Below, one piece after another: positions 27,484-38,500 of a stretch of DNA of 64,000 nucleotides. The notes below the pieces were generated by a model. The model was not told where the DNA came from. It saw only the letters and a list, made by a program, of their open reading frames with translations, and did no database searches. This DNA comes from a virus (Duplodnaviria > Caudoviricetes). The position numbers and the translations under genes were made by a program. Numbering within the stretch: position 1 is the stretch's first letter; each line of letters starts with the position of its first letter. The stretch is taken from the IMG/VR virus record IMGVR_UViG_3300024262_000013. One strand, 5' to 3'.

Positions 27484-28233
27484 ATGGACCAAGGAAAACA
27501 ATACGGAGAAATGAATATGGACTTACCACATGATGTGGTACCATTACCATCACAAGGTTTATTCTACACAAGTAAGAAAAAATCTCTTAAGGTGGGTTAT
27601 TTAACTGCTCAAGATGAAAATATATTATTATCAAACGCAGGGAATAACAATTTAGTAATGACATTACTGAAGAATAAAATTTATGAGCCGGATTTTAACG
27701 TAAATGAATTACTTGACGGAGATGCGGAAGCTATCTTAATCTTTTTAAGAAATACCGCTTTTGGCTCAGATTATAATTTTAAATTAAAAGACCCTAAGAC
27801 AGGGAAAGATTTTGAGACGACAATCGCTTTAGATGAATTAAATATTATAAAAGCTAAAATAACACCAAATGAAAAAGGGTTATTTGAATTTAACCTACCT
27901 AAATCGGGTGTTAATGTAAAATGTCGACTTTTAAATGTTCAGGACACTAATGAATTATCTGCGTTACCCGACTCATACCCTAATGGAGTAACTGTACCAA
28001 TTGTTACTAAAAGATTAGAAAAACACATTATGTCTATCGATGGTGATGAAAACAGAGAAAAAATATCAACCTTTATAAGTACGCTACCTATTATGGATTC
28101 AAAGTTTATTAGGAACACAATGTCAGATTGTGAACCTAAATTAGACCTTAATAGAACTACTACAGCCCCGTCAGGAGAAAAAGTGAATATGCGTATCACT
28201 TTTGGGGCGGAGTTTTTTCGTCCTTTCTTCTAG
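27484..28233 (+). CDS. Baseplate hub/tail assembly chaperone (T4 gp26-like)
   Basis: VVPLPSQGLFY, YLTAQDENIL; located between tube and tape measure genes. Confidence 0.7.
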   Translation: MDQGKQYGEMNMDLPHDVVPLPSQGLFYTSKKKSLKVGYLTAQDENILLSNAGNNNLVMTLLKNKIYEPDFNVNELLDGDAEAILIFLRNTAFGSDYNFKLKDPKTGKDFETTIALDELNIIKAKITPNEKGLFEFNLPKSGVNVKCRLLNVQDTNELSALPDSYPNGVTVPIVTKRLEKHIMSIDGDENREKISTFISTLPIMDSKFIRNTMSDCEPKLDLNRTTTAPSGEKVNMRITFGAEFFRPFF

Positions 28234-28408
28234 TTATAGAAAAGTTCTGCTCGATGAGTTCTACTATCTAAGTAAACATGTAAATATGTCTTACTCGGAC
28301 CTACTTATTATGCCGACATTCGAAAGAAAATTCTTTATTAATAAGTTGTCAACCGAATTCCAAGAAAAAAATGAACAAATAGAGAAACAAAGGCAAAAAT
28401 CTCGTTAA
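28202..28408 (+). CDS. gp51-like / lambda T-like chaperone extension, probably made by frameshift from the upstream gene
   Basis: LLDEFYYLSKHVNMSYSDLLIMPTFERKFFINKL. No ATG before the conserved-looking part (first ATG 28286); overlaps the upstream gene in the +1 frame. Confidence 0.6.
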   Translation: MGRSFFVLSSSYRKVLLDEFYYLSKHVNMSYSDLLIMPTFERKFFINKLSTEFQEKNEQIEKQRQKSR

Positions 28409-28433
28409 CTAATATTTATAATAAAAGAAAATT

Positions 28434-30362
28434 ATGTTTGAAGGTGATGGAATAGCTGGAGAGGTTAAATCGATAGAATCGAGTATTAAGTTAGCGGACA
28501 TCTCGCTTACAGCATTTGCGAGAAAATTAAAAGACAGTATCATCGATGTTGGTTCGTTAATTGAAAGGGCTGCTGCGATTCAAACTAAATCTGCCAATAC
28601 GGTTAGAGAAAGTTTAGGACAAACTAGAGCGGTAAGTAATGAGGTTCAAAAAGTTATGGCTGAGTCAGCTAAAAGTACTATGCAAATTGGTATTAGTGCT
28701 GAAAAAAATATTGAATTATTTGCCGCGATAAATAATTCAATGATGAGAAATACGTTTCTCACGGATTCACAAATAACAGGATTTCAAGCGTTAGGTATGA
28801 CCGCTAATATGACGGCAACCGAGTTAGCTACTATGGCTACCTCATTCGATACCTTAGGTTATACCACAGACCAAACACTTGCGATGATGGGAGAAATGAC
28901 CGACCAAGCGAGAGCTTATGGTTTAAACGTTTCCACATTTATGGGTGAGGTTAACAAGAATTTAAAGTTAATGGTCACATATAACTTTAAAGACGGTGTC
29001 GTAGGTCTTTCTAAAATGGTTGCCCAAGCACAAGCCTTAAGAATTGATATGGGTAAGACGGTTAGTTTTGCTGATGAACTAATGTCACCTGAAAAGGCAA
29101 TTGAAACCGCAGCTGGATTCCAAATGTTAGGGGGGTCAATTAGTAAATTAGGAGACCCATTCTCATTATTAAATATGGCTCAAACAGATATGGCGGGACT
29201 ACAAGATAGTCTTGTTGATATGGCAGCGGGGGCAGTTTCATTTAATAAGGAGTCAGGGGAGTTTGATATTCCTGTTACTGAGATGTACCGTCTTAGAGAA
29301 GCCGCAAAATTAGCTGGAATGTCATATCAAGAGTTTGCGGAGATGGGTATGAAAGCGGCTCAAAAGACTGAAAAGTTAAAAATATTAGATAATTTTAATA
29401 CTGTACCTGAAGAGCAAAAAGAACTAATCGCTAATATGGGTAAAATTGGGGCTAATGGTAATTTAGAGATAACTATGCCAGACGGTACGGTTAAAAAAAT
29501 TGGCGAAGGGTTTAATCAATTAATTGCTAGTGATTACACTCAATTAGAAAATATGTTAGATGTTAATAACATGTCAGAAATTGATGTCGCTAAGGAATCT
29601 ATGGGTTATCTTAACCAAATTGAGGCAGCTCAGAAGACTTTAATTAATTTAACAACGTTAAACTTAGTAAAAGGTGGTGGTTTTGATATTTTTGCTGAGA
29701 AAGCTACAGAGGCTCAAAAAATGCTAACTGAAGAGTTTTTAAAACGAGAAGATGAGATAAAGGTTCCTGACAATATTATTAGTGGGATTGGTCAAATACA
29801 AACACAATTAAGTATGGATAGGGAAACAGCTGCCGCGATTACTGAGGCGGTTGTTAATGGTATTAATGAATCCGCTAAAGCCACTAATGAGATTATTCAA
29901 CAACTAATTGATAAAGCTGATGGTGCCGCACTTTTATTATTAATGAAGCAAGGTTGGGGGGAAGTTATTTTAGCTATCGAAAACTTACCTGAGAGTATTT
30001 CGGGAATATTTAAAGAAACTGGAAGTAGAAAAAACCATAGTTTGAATGGTGAAACTCAGATAATCGACCACGAAACTGGGGGTAGAGGTAATCCATCAAT
30101 TAATCACGAAACCGGGGGTAGAGATAATCCATCTATATCTAGTCTTAATTACAGTACTGGTAGTATAGGTGAACCAACAACTATGATGGCGTCTAATTCT
30201 AATGTAAATGTGAGCGGTCAAGTTAACCTCACACTTGAAGGGATACCAACCAACTCAGTATTAGATAAAGATGCATTAGCTAACTTACTAATTAATAATC
30301 CAACCGCAATGGCTACGATTAATTCTCAAATAAATAATACGTTAGGAACTTATAACTCCTAA
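28434..30362 (+). CDS. Tape measure protein
   Basis: 642-aa Ala/Met/Gln-rich helical protein directly after tube and chaperones, the canonical position. Confidence 0.7.
   Translation: MFEGDGIAGEVKSIESSIKLADISLTAFARKLKDSIIDVGSLIERAAAIQTKSANTVRESLGQTRAVSNEVQKVMAESAKSTMQIGISAEKNIELFAAINNSMMRNTFLTDSQITGFQALGMTANMTATELATMATSFDTLGYTTDQTLAMMGEMTDQARAYGLNVSTFMGEVNKNLKLMVTYNFKDGVVGLSKMVAQAQALRIDMGKTVSFADELMSPEKAIETAAGFQMLGGSISKLGDPFSLLNMAQTDMAGLQDSLVDMAAGAVSFNKESGEFDIPVTEMYRLREAAKLAGMSYQEFAEMGMKAAQKTEKLKILDNFNTVPEEQKELIANMGKIGANGNLEITMPDGTVKKIGEGFNQLIASDYTQLENMLDVNNMSEIDVAKESMGYLNQIEAAQKTLINLTTLNLVKGGGFDIFAEKATEAQKMLTEEFLKREDEIKVPDNIISGIGQIQTQLSMDRETAAAITEAVVNGINESAKATNEIIQQLIDKADGAALLLLMKQGWGEVILAIENLPESISGIFKETGSRKNHSLNGETQIIDHETGGRGNPSINHETGGRDNPSISSLNYSTGSIGEPTTMMASNSNVNVSGQVNLTLEGIPTNSVLDKDALANLLINNPTAMATINSQINNTLGTYNS
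30069..30140 (+). repeat. 36-bp in-frame tandem duplication in the tape measure C-terminus
   Basis: cacgaaactgggggtagaggtaatccatcaattaat / cacgaaaccgggggtagagataatccatctatatct encode HETGGRGNPSIN / HETGGRDNPSIS. Confidence 0.9.
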
Positions 30363-30459
30363 TCGTTATAAAATAATGTTGGTGGCTTGAGATAATTCTA
30401 CTCGTTTAGATTACGCAAAATTATGTTACCATCTATTTATCTAAAAAGAATATATATAG

Positions 30460-33400
30460 ATGCAGAGCCCGTTATCATTTGATTCAACTGAGAACTTTAG
30501 AAAAAAGTTATTAGTTAAAAATTTACAACCATACAATAGTGATGGCTTTAGACCGGCTAGTCAGCCAGGTCAAAGTGAAATCATTATTAATGACACCGCA
30601 GTTATTGATACCCAAGAGGTTGAAGTTATAGGTCAAAGCGAGGGTACTTATGCTTATGTTAAAAACCAATATGGTCCTGAAGGAGGTTTTGGTGTACCTA
30701 AATCTATTGAAGATGTTACGTTTATTAATTCAGTTACAAGTTTTAGTAATACCTTAAACCTTGATATGGGACAAGGAATACCCGCATTGGTCGGTAAAAG
30801 TCCTTACAATACATTTATTGCTTCATCATATAATCCATTCACTCTATTAACTAGTCAGAATCCACAAGGAAATAATGGTTCATTATCTCAGGATTCAGAT
30901 TTAGCGAGAATAGCTGCCGAATCACTTAAATCTGAGTTTCAGTATAGAGTCGCTCAAGAAACCTACCAACAAACAATAGGTAGGGTAAATGCCATTGACG
31001 CATTATCTGACCCATTTGATTTATTAGCTATAGTTACAGGTAACAAATCAGTCATCGAGAGAGATTGGAAAATTTCAGTACCTAAAAGTTTAATTGGTAA
31101 AGGGTTAGACTTTATAAGTCGTATTAGTGGAATTTACTCACCATACTCATGGATACCCGGAGATTACTTTAGTTCGGAACCAAAACAAATGTACTTAAAT
31201 CAGATAGCTAACCAAGTTACTGGTCTATTTGATAAGAGAGGTATATTAAAACTACCAACTGAAAAAACAGGGATGCAAATATTCTTGGATAACACAGGTG
31301 GGGGTCAACGGTCAAGACTATTTCACGGACTTAGATTAAATCGTTATATTCCTGATTATAATAGAAATTTCTTAACCGATTTATTTACTAAAGTACCTAA
31401 ACAAAATTATTATGTAGGTAGTTCACAACAAGAAATGAGGGATATTGTTGCCCCCGCTGAGTCATTGCCGTTAGACAGAGATGGTAATAAGACTCAATCG
31501 CCGGTTTATGGTTATGATGAAATTGCAAAAATATATGAGAATGAAAAGAGGGATAACATATATCAATTTGGTCTAAATCAAACTTCAACATACGATAGTG
31601 GTGGGTTACAAGGTGGGTTTACGTGGGTATCTCCTAAATATCAAGAAAGAGCAGGACAAAAAGTTGGTAAAGGTGCCGAGTTTTATGGTACCATTGATAC
31701 AGATTGGAACGAACAAGGGGTTCAAAATACTTTTACTGCAACACAATCTGTTGATGGTTCAGGTAATTATGAGTACACAACAGGCTCAATATTAGATAAT
31801 ACTCAAAAATTAATTAACGCTGCGGATGATGTTGTTGGTGTTAGAAAATTACAACATGTTGGTAATGCTATTGACCAAATATCTAAAGTTTTTCATGACG
31901 GCACTAGAGAATTAACTAAAGGTTCAAGAGTAATAGCATATAAAGATATTGCAGGCGATATTGTAGGTCAAGAATATTGTCGAGTTTTTACTAAAGACAC
32001 TCCTTACTTTTCTATGGCCGACCTACAAAAAGGTGACGGAATAGTTAATAGTGGAAGACGATTTTCTTACTCAGTATTAGACAGTACTTATAATTTAAAC
32101 ATTGCACCTATTAGAGGTAATGAGAGTACAAATCTAATAGGGGAAGGATTAGCCGGTAAGGTTAAAAAATATATGTTCTCATTAGAGAATTTATCATGGA
32201 GAACATCAAGAAAAAAAGGTTTTACCTACCAAGACTTACCTCATTGTGAGAGGGGACCTAATGGAGGAAGAATTATGTGGTTCCCTCCTTATGATATGAA
32301 AGTTAGTGAACAAAACTCGGTTAATTGGAATACAAACGAATTTTTAGGGAGACCTGAACCGATATACACGTATAATAATACGACAAGACAAGGGTCACTA
32401 AGTTGGAAAATTGTTGTTGACCACCCTTCAATATTGAATGCGATTGTTGATAAAGAACTAGCCAATCAAAGTAATAATAATAAAGTAACAAGTATTGTTG
32501 ATTCATTCTTTGCGGGGTGTAGAAAGTATGATATATATGAGTTAGCATTGAGATACCCTCAGTTCACATATAGTGATATATATGAAATTATAGTTAATTC
32601 ACCGGTTGCTGGTGAAGTAAAAGAAAATTTTGATATAATAAACCCTCAGGTTCCAGGAACTCAAGACCCAACGATTGAAGACTACGAACCTAAGGTTACT
32701 GAAACTTCATACGATTTTGCGTATTATTTCCATAATGACGTTCCGGGTCCAAAGGACAAAAATATTACAACAAGTGATGAGACATACCAATCAACTTTAA
32801 AGTCTTATATTGCTTTACAACAAGAGTATAAAAACGAATCTTCACCAGAAAATACGGTAGGTGTTGAGGAATTTTATCAAGAAAATATCTTAACAGGGGC
32901 AACTAAAGGTCCTCTTTATAAAACACAACAATTTATACGGGGAGTTGGGGAAGCGTTAAACGCGGGTTCTACGGTTAAAATATTACTACAGGGTTCGGCA
33001 TCCGCACCTAATAGTACCGCATATAATAAATCATTATCGAGTAGGAGAATCGATAGTGTAACAAAATATATGTTACCACTAACTCCAGGCGGCACCACTA
33101 AAACCTTACAGCAATGGAAAGACGATGGTAAGTTTATAATAGAATCGGTTAAGTCTGGAGAGGAAATTACTATAGGTGGAGTTAATTGTACCGCCGATTT
33201 ATCTGAAGCCGATAGAACATATTCACCACAAGCCATGGCCTGCAGAAGAGTTCTATTCCATAGTGTTGTTGAAACACCTGAACCGATTCAAGAGGTTCCT
33301 GTGACTGATGAAGTAATTGTACCACCTACGGTATCTAATGATGTCGACCAAAGCACTCAAGAAGTGCCGGCAATAAAACAGCCTGAAAGGACTGAAAAAC

Positions 33401-35223
33401 AAAGACAAGAAGTAGCAAAAATAATTGTTAGAAAACTATTAACTGAGTGTGATTACTTCGACTTAGTAAAGGAAAGTTCCCCTATGGTATATAATGGTAT
33501 TAAGGAGAAAATAAAATACTTCCAACCAGCATTCCACTCAACAACCCCAGAAGGTTTAAACTCTAGACTCACGTTCTTACACCAATGTATCAGACCTGGT
33601 GACACTATACCTGTGATTGGGGACGATGGTAGACCAACAGAATTTAACGCTAAGAACACCTCGTTTGGTGCACCACCAATTTGTATACTTAGAATTGGTG
33701 ATTTTTATCATACTAAAATAGCAATTAATCAATTATCGATTACTTATGAACCATTAGTATTTGATTTAAATCCTGAAGGTATTGGTGTGCAACCGATGAT
33801 AGCAGATGTTAATCTATCCTTTTATTTTATTGGGGGACAAGGATTAAAGGAACCCGTTAATAGGTTACAAAACGCACTTTCATTTAATTACTTCGCAAAT
33901 ACTGAAATTTATGATGATAGGGCGGTGGTTACTGAAGATAGAACCGAGTTAAATCAAGAAATATGGGAAGCAATTGAGTCGACAGTACCATTTGGTTCCG
34001 ATAACCGACCGACCACTACAGATATACCGACTAAAGGTGTTACTATTGGTACAATTAAAACAGATGTTATCACAACCTATCCGACAACTGATATTTCTAC
34101 CCTTAGTGGTCAGACATCATTTAAAACTATAATGGCAACAGCAATCGAGGATGTTCAGGGATATACAAGCTCAATAACTGATTCACTTAATGAAGTTGCG
34201 AATAAGTACTCTATCGATGGTTTAGCTTATTTTACAGATGAAAGAGATTATGTCGATGGTAATGTTTTAGGATATTTTACTGACGGGTTCACAGGAACAA
34301 GTACTACAACTAATTTATTTGGTAAACCAAAAGAAGATGAGTTACAAACTAAAATAAATAATTTATTTGATGAAATAATTATTGATGTTAGTAATGGAAA
34401 TTCACCATTATTGAAAAACATACAGAATAAAAATTTCAGTAATGCGGATATAGACCTTTATAAGTTTAATATTATGAACTTAATAAATGAAACTAAAACT
34501 AACTATATCTCTGACTATATGAGTGTTATGTCAAAAGTTGTTAATAATCAATTAAGTTTAGTTCAGACAATTGATAGAATTAATTTTGTTATGACTAATA
34601 CCGATGGTTACGCTTCAAAGGCGAGAAATGTACAACAATCTTTAAATGCCACAGATAAGGTAGATAAGACCTCTAAAAATGTTAATAATACATATGAAGA
34701 GATGCAGGACGATATGATAACGTTAGGTACCGATTTACAGAACTACTACAACCAAATATTCACAGATAATAATAAGCTTGTTGAAAAACCATTTACGTCT
34801 GATTATTCTTTTTCGGTTGAATACCAAAGTGAAGGAATGTATTATGCCAGGTTTATGAACGCGATGTACCAAAAAATATTAAATACTAAAGAAATTATTA
34901 TTGAAAAATTATTGAATGATAGGTTAAACGGTATTAATAAATGGGTAAGGTATGTAAATAATATTGTTGATGACTTAAATAAAGACTACGAAAAAGTTCA
35001 GAATAAGACTGAAAGAGAATTAGATAGATTTAGTAAACGTAGTTCAGTTAGAAAGTTTAACGACTATTCGCCATTTACTAAAGAAAAAGAAAGAATATTT
35101 TACTATATAGACGTTCCTCTAGCGAATATCAATACAGTTAAAGACGGATACTTCAATAATTTATACTCAGGACTAAATCAGGGTGGTAAGAACTCGTTTA
35201 ATGGAAAAAATACGTTTAATTAA
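30460..35223 (+). CDS. Large baseplate/tube-initiator-like protein with internal OmpA-like domain
   Basis: RIMWFPPYD...FLGRPEPIYTYNNTTRQGSLSWKIVVDHP and PICILRIGDFYHTK...ADVNLSF are gp48/gp54/CIS-tube-like. Between them: YYFHND...LQGSASAP...YNKSLSSRRIDSV...SGEE...ACRRV. Confidence 0.6.
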   Translation: MQSPLSFDSTENFRKKLLVKNLQPYNSDGFRPASQPGQSEIIINDTAVIDTQEVEVIGQSEGTYAYVKNQYGPEGGFGVPKSIEDVTFINSVTSFSNTLNLDMGQGIPALVGKSPYNTFIASSYNPFTLLTSQNPQGNNGSLSQDSDLARIAAESLKSEFQYRVAQETYQQTIGRVNAIDALSDPFDLLAIVTGNKSVIERDWKISVPKSLIGKGLDFISRISGIYSPYSWIPGDYFSSEPKQMYLNQIANQVTGLFDKRGILKLPTEKTGMQIFLDNTGGGQRSRLFHGLRLNRYIPDYNRNFLTDLFTKVPKQNYYVGSSQQEMRDIVAPAESLPLDRDGNKTQSPVYGYDEIAKIYENEKRDNIYQFGLNQTSTYDSGGLQGGFTWVSPKYQERAGQKVGKGAEFYGTIDTDWNEQGVQNTFTATQSVDGSGNYEYTTGSILDNTQKLINAADDVVGVRKLQHVGNAIDQISKVFHDGTRELTKGSRVIAYKDIAGDIVGQEYCRVFTKDTPYFSMADLQKGDGIVNSGRRFSYSVLDSTYNLNIAPIRGNESTNLIGEGLAGKVKKYMFSLENLSWRTSRKKGFTYQDLPHCERGPNGGRIMWFPPYDMKVSEQNSVNWNTNEFLGRPEPIYTYNNTTRQGSLSWKIVVDHPSILNAIVDKELANQSNNNKVTSIVDSFFAGCRKYDIYELALRYPQFTYSDIYEIIVNSPVAGEVKENFDIINPQVPGTQDPTIEDYEPKVTETSYDFAYYFHNDVPGPKDKNITTSDETYQSTLKSYIALQQEYKNESSPENTVGVEEFYQENILTGATKGPLYKTQQFIRGVGEALNAGSTVKILLQGSASAPNSTAYNKSLSSRRIDSVTKYMLPLTPGGTTKTLQQWKDDGKFIIESVKSGEEITIGGVNCTADLSEADRTYSPQAMACRRVLFHSVVETPEPIQEVPVTDEVIVPPTVSNDVDQSTQEVPAIKQPERTEKQRQEVAKIIVRKLLTECDYFDLVKESSPMVYNGIKEKIKYFQPAFHSTTPEGLNSRLTFLHQCIRPGDTIPVIGDDGRPTEFNAKNTSFGAPPICILRIGDFYHTKIAINQLSITYEPLVFDLNPEGIGVQPMIADVNLSFYFIGGQGLKEPVNRLQNALSFNYFANTEIYDDRAVVTEDRTELNQEIWEAIESTVPFGSDNRPTTTDIPTKGVTIGTIKTDVITTYPTTDISTLSGQTSFKTIMATAIEDVQGYTSSITDSLNEVANKYSIDGLAYFTDERDYVDGNVLGYFTDGFTGTSTTTNLFGKPKEDELQTKINNLFDEIIIDVSNGNSPLLKNIQNKNFSNADIDLYKFNIMNLINETKTNYISDYMSVMSKVVNNQLSLVQTIDRINFVMTNTDGYASKARNVQQSLNATDKVDKTSKNVNNTYEEMQDDMITLGTDLQNYYNQIFTDNNKLVEKPFTSDYSFSVEYQSEGMYYARFMNAMYQKILNTKEIIIEKLLNDRLNGINKWVRYVNNIVDDLNKDYEKVQNKTERELDRFSKRSSVRKFNDYSPFTKEKERIFYYIDVPLANINTVKDGYFNNLYSGLNQGGKNSFNGKNTFN

Positions 35224-35225
35224 TT

Positions 35226-35543
35226 ATGAGATATTGGAATAGATATACTGACTTTTTGGTTAATGGACAACAGACCATCGTACCTTTCGTAAGAATACCG
35301 TCAAAACCTTCAGATAAACGGTACATCTTTAGGACAGGACGTAGTAGGTTAGATAAATTAAGTTATGAGTTTTATGAGTCACCATATTTTGGGTGGTTAA
35401 TTTTAGCTGCGAATCCACAATACGGTGGTTTAGAGTCTAATATTCCTGATAACGCACTTTTATTCATACCTTTTCCGTTAACAAACTCGTTACAGGATTA
35501 TAAAGCGGCTGTTGAAAATCACTTCTTCTATTATGGCAGATAA
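35226..35543 (+). CDS. LysM-like baseplate protein (T4 gp53 / P2 gpX-like)
   Basis: RLDKLSYEFYESPYFGWLILAANP...IPDNALLFIP. Confidence 0.75.
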   Translation: MRYWNRYTDFLVNGQQTIVPFVRIPSKPSDKRYIFRTGRSRLDKLSYEFYESPYFGWLILAANPQYGGLESNIPDNALLFIPFPLTNSLQDYKAAVENHFFYYGR

Positions 35544-38500
35544 TAAATTCTTTGGTAACGATAAAGTTTATGTGGAGACTGATTATGACAATGTTGTTGT
35601 GGTTGACCCAAATAAAGTTGTAAATTCTGACGGTACAGTTCAAGAACGTAACGTTAAGGCAGAGAACTTAATGACATACGCTAACTTAGAGGCTAGAGTT
35701 ATTCCAAGAACTAAACTAGCTGCCGGCTCAAATTATGGGGATAGTGTAAAAAATGTTGGGGTAGCCCAATTAAAAGTTAATTTTTTAGAGGGTAATGCTC
35801 AGAACCAAAAAGAACCTAATGTTAATTTAGGGGGTTCAATGAATGATGACCCAAAGTACTTTGACACCTCTTGGACGGACCAATTTTTTGGGCAAGACAG
35901 CAATGGTTCAACCGATATTTTTAGCGACACTAACAATGTTGATGCGCAACTACTAGGTATTACGAAAATTAATATTAAAATGAACCCCGCCTTTGTACCT
36001 ACAGTAACTATTGAAATGACTGATGTACAGGGTAGAGTACTGTTTGAAAAAGGAGATAAGTCACCTTATTCATTATTCATGAACTTACCTTACCCAATTT
36101 TTATATTAACAGTTAAAGGACACTATGGTAAAGCTATTAAGTTAGAGTTAATGTTAAAAGATTTTAACGCCAGATTTGACCCATCTGATGGTAGTTATAA
36201 AATTACCACATCATATGTTGCTAGGTCACACGCTTTTTTACAAGATACGTTATTAGACTATCTTTATACTACACCACATATGTATCCTAAGAGTTACGAA
36301 TTAGAAAATGTTAAAGGTATTCCCGCCGGAGGAACAGTGGCGATGGATAAGATAGATACGACTAAAGGAATGGAGAAAATAAAAGAAGTCTATTCTTTAT
36401 ATAAATCTAAAGGATTAATTGATGAAGATTTTCCTGAAATAACCCTGAATCAAATGAGGATGAGGTTAGAGTACTTCAATAGGTATGTCATGGAAGCATA
36501 CTCTAAAGAAGATATGTCAGTATTAAATGACGTTGTTAGTTATGAACAAGGTATCAGAACATACCGAACTAAGGTATATCCTGATATTGGTGAGAATTGG
36601 TTTAATCAGTATGTGGATTCGACATCATTATATATTTTAAATGATACCAAAGCCTCTAAGTTATATGGTTTAAAAAAAGAACTTGATGCTCAAGGACGAA
36701 GAACCGCAATTTCTAAATTAAAGATAATCGTTGATGAGGGTAATAAAACATTAAAAGATAATCCCACCTTTTACAGTCCGGGTAAATATGTGATTGAAGG
36801 TAAAGATAATCCATCGAAGATATCAGTTAATATTAAAGCTAGTGATTTTATAACTAATATCACGGACCCAAGCGTTATTAATTATAAAGATACGTATATT
36901 GGACGAAACGGTAATGTCCCAACTGAAACCCAATTAGCGGATTTTGAGTTAAAACTTAAAGCGGAATTTGCGGTTGCGTCAAAAAGCTATAAAGTAGGTC
37001 CTGACGGAGAATTACAAGAAACGGAAAACCCATCAGTCTTAATTTCATTTGGTAATGTAATTAAAGATAAAAACTACATGAATGGAAGTTTCTTAGCTAA
37101 ATTAGCCAAAATTGAGAGTACATTCAAGGAGAAAAGAGAAACTATTGAAAAACAATTATCAGAAGCCTTAGCGAAAAAAATAATATCATCTGATGTAGGT
37201 TTAGGATTTAATCCTACCATGAACAATGTTTTGGCCGTTATATGTGCAAATGCAGAGGCGTTCTATAGGTTAATGGATAATACCCATACCGACGCTTGGG
37301 AGGTTAGAACTGACCCTGTAAGGTTAAGTGCTATCATACCTCCTGAGAAATCTTTTGGTGTTGAGGGTAAAAATTCATTAAAAACAGTTACTGTAGGTGG
37401 ATTAGGTGATACATTAGAAAATCCTCAAATCGTTTACCCTTGGCCTCAATATTTTGAAGAGGAAGTAACCAAAGAAGGAGACTCTAAATATGTTTTAAAG
37501 TATCCCGGGCAAGAAGATGTCATAAACACAATCCAAGGATACGATTATAGTATATGGCCAGAGATACAATTTGTTGAGGAATACCTTACCGCGTCATTAG
37601 AACGAGATAAACCTAAAATTAATATTAATTATGGTAACGAAACTCAAGTTTCTAAATATATTGGTATAAATTCTGTGGAGTTTCCATTTGAACATACCCC
37701 ATATAGTAATGAAGAGTTTGTTTCATTTTTTTACGAAATATATGAAAGAACTTATTTAGGGGCTAACTATACTAAGGTTATAAGAAATAATAATTTTAGA
37801 AAAACATTATATAATGTATTAGCTGATTTTGAATCTGTCAACATTAAGGATGGTTTAGATAATATTCCTGAATTAATGAAAATATTAAAGGAGTTTAAAT
37901 TTAACGCGTCCACATTTAATCAATACCTACTATCTATTTCAAATAACGGGGAAGGTAGTTATTACGCGAGAAAATCAAGAGATATTTTTACTCAGGACTA
38001 TATCAAAGGTTATATGGATGTTGATTTCGGCATTTATAGTATCGAAAGTATGAATTCAAATTCAATGGAAATTGTGTCTTCAGTGGATTCAGTAAAAGAT
38101 TTAGAACAATATATTACAAGTTCATCATCAAACGCAACAACACTAATGGATGTGTACCCATTTAATAACTTAATTTGGTTACAAAAAAATACCTCAAAAG
38201 GTACTTCGGTGGGTAGTATTGAAAAGGCAAATGGTACTGAAAGTGTTATGAATTTTAATATACTTAAAAAAACTATCGCGACATTTGATGACCAATCTGA
38301 TACCGATGAGAGGTATAATAATAGTTATATGACTTATTTTCAGTATGAAAAAAATTACCCATCAAACCCCAACCAAAACACGTCAAATAATAGTGATAGT
38401 ACTCAGTATGAAACAAATGCTCAGTCGATTGTTTACTACAATAATCGAGAAAATAAAGATTTTTATTTAACTGAGGGAAGTTTAAATTATGGTACGGACT

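Noticed and set aside
28231-28260. TAG read-through as the explanation for the chaperone extension
   Set aside because: The same frame hits another TAG two codons later and a TGA soon after; the conserved-looking extension is in the +1 frame.
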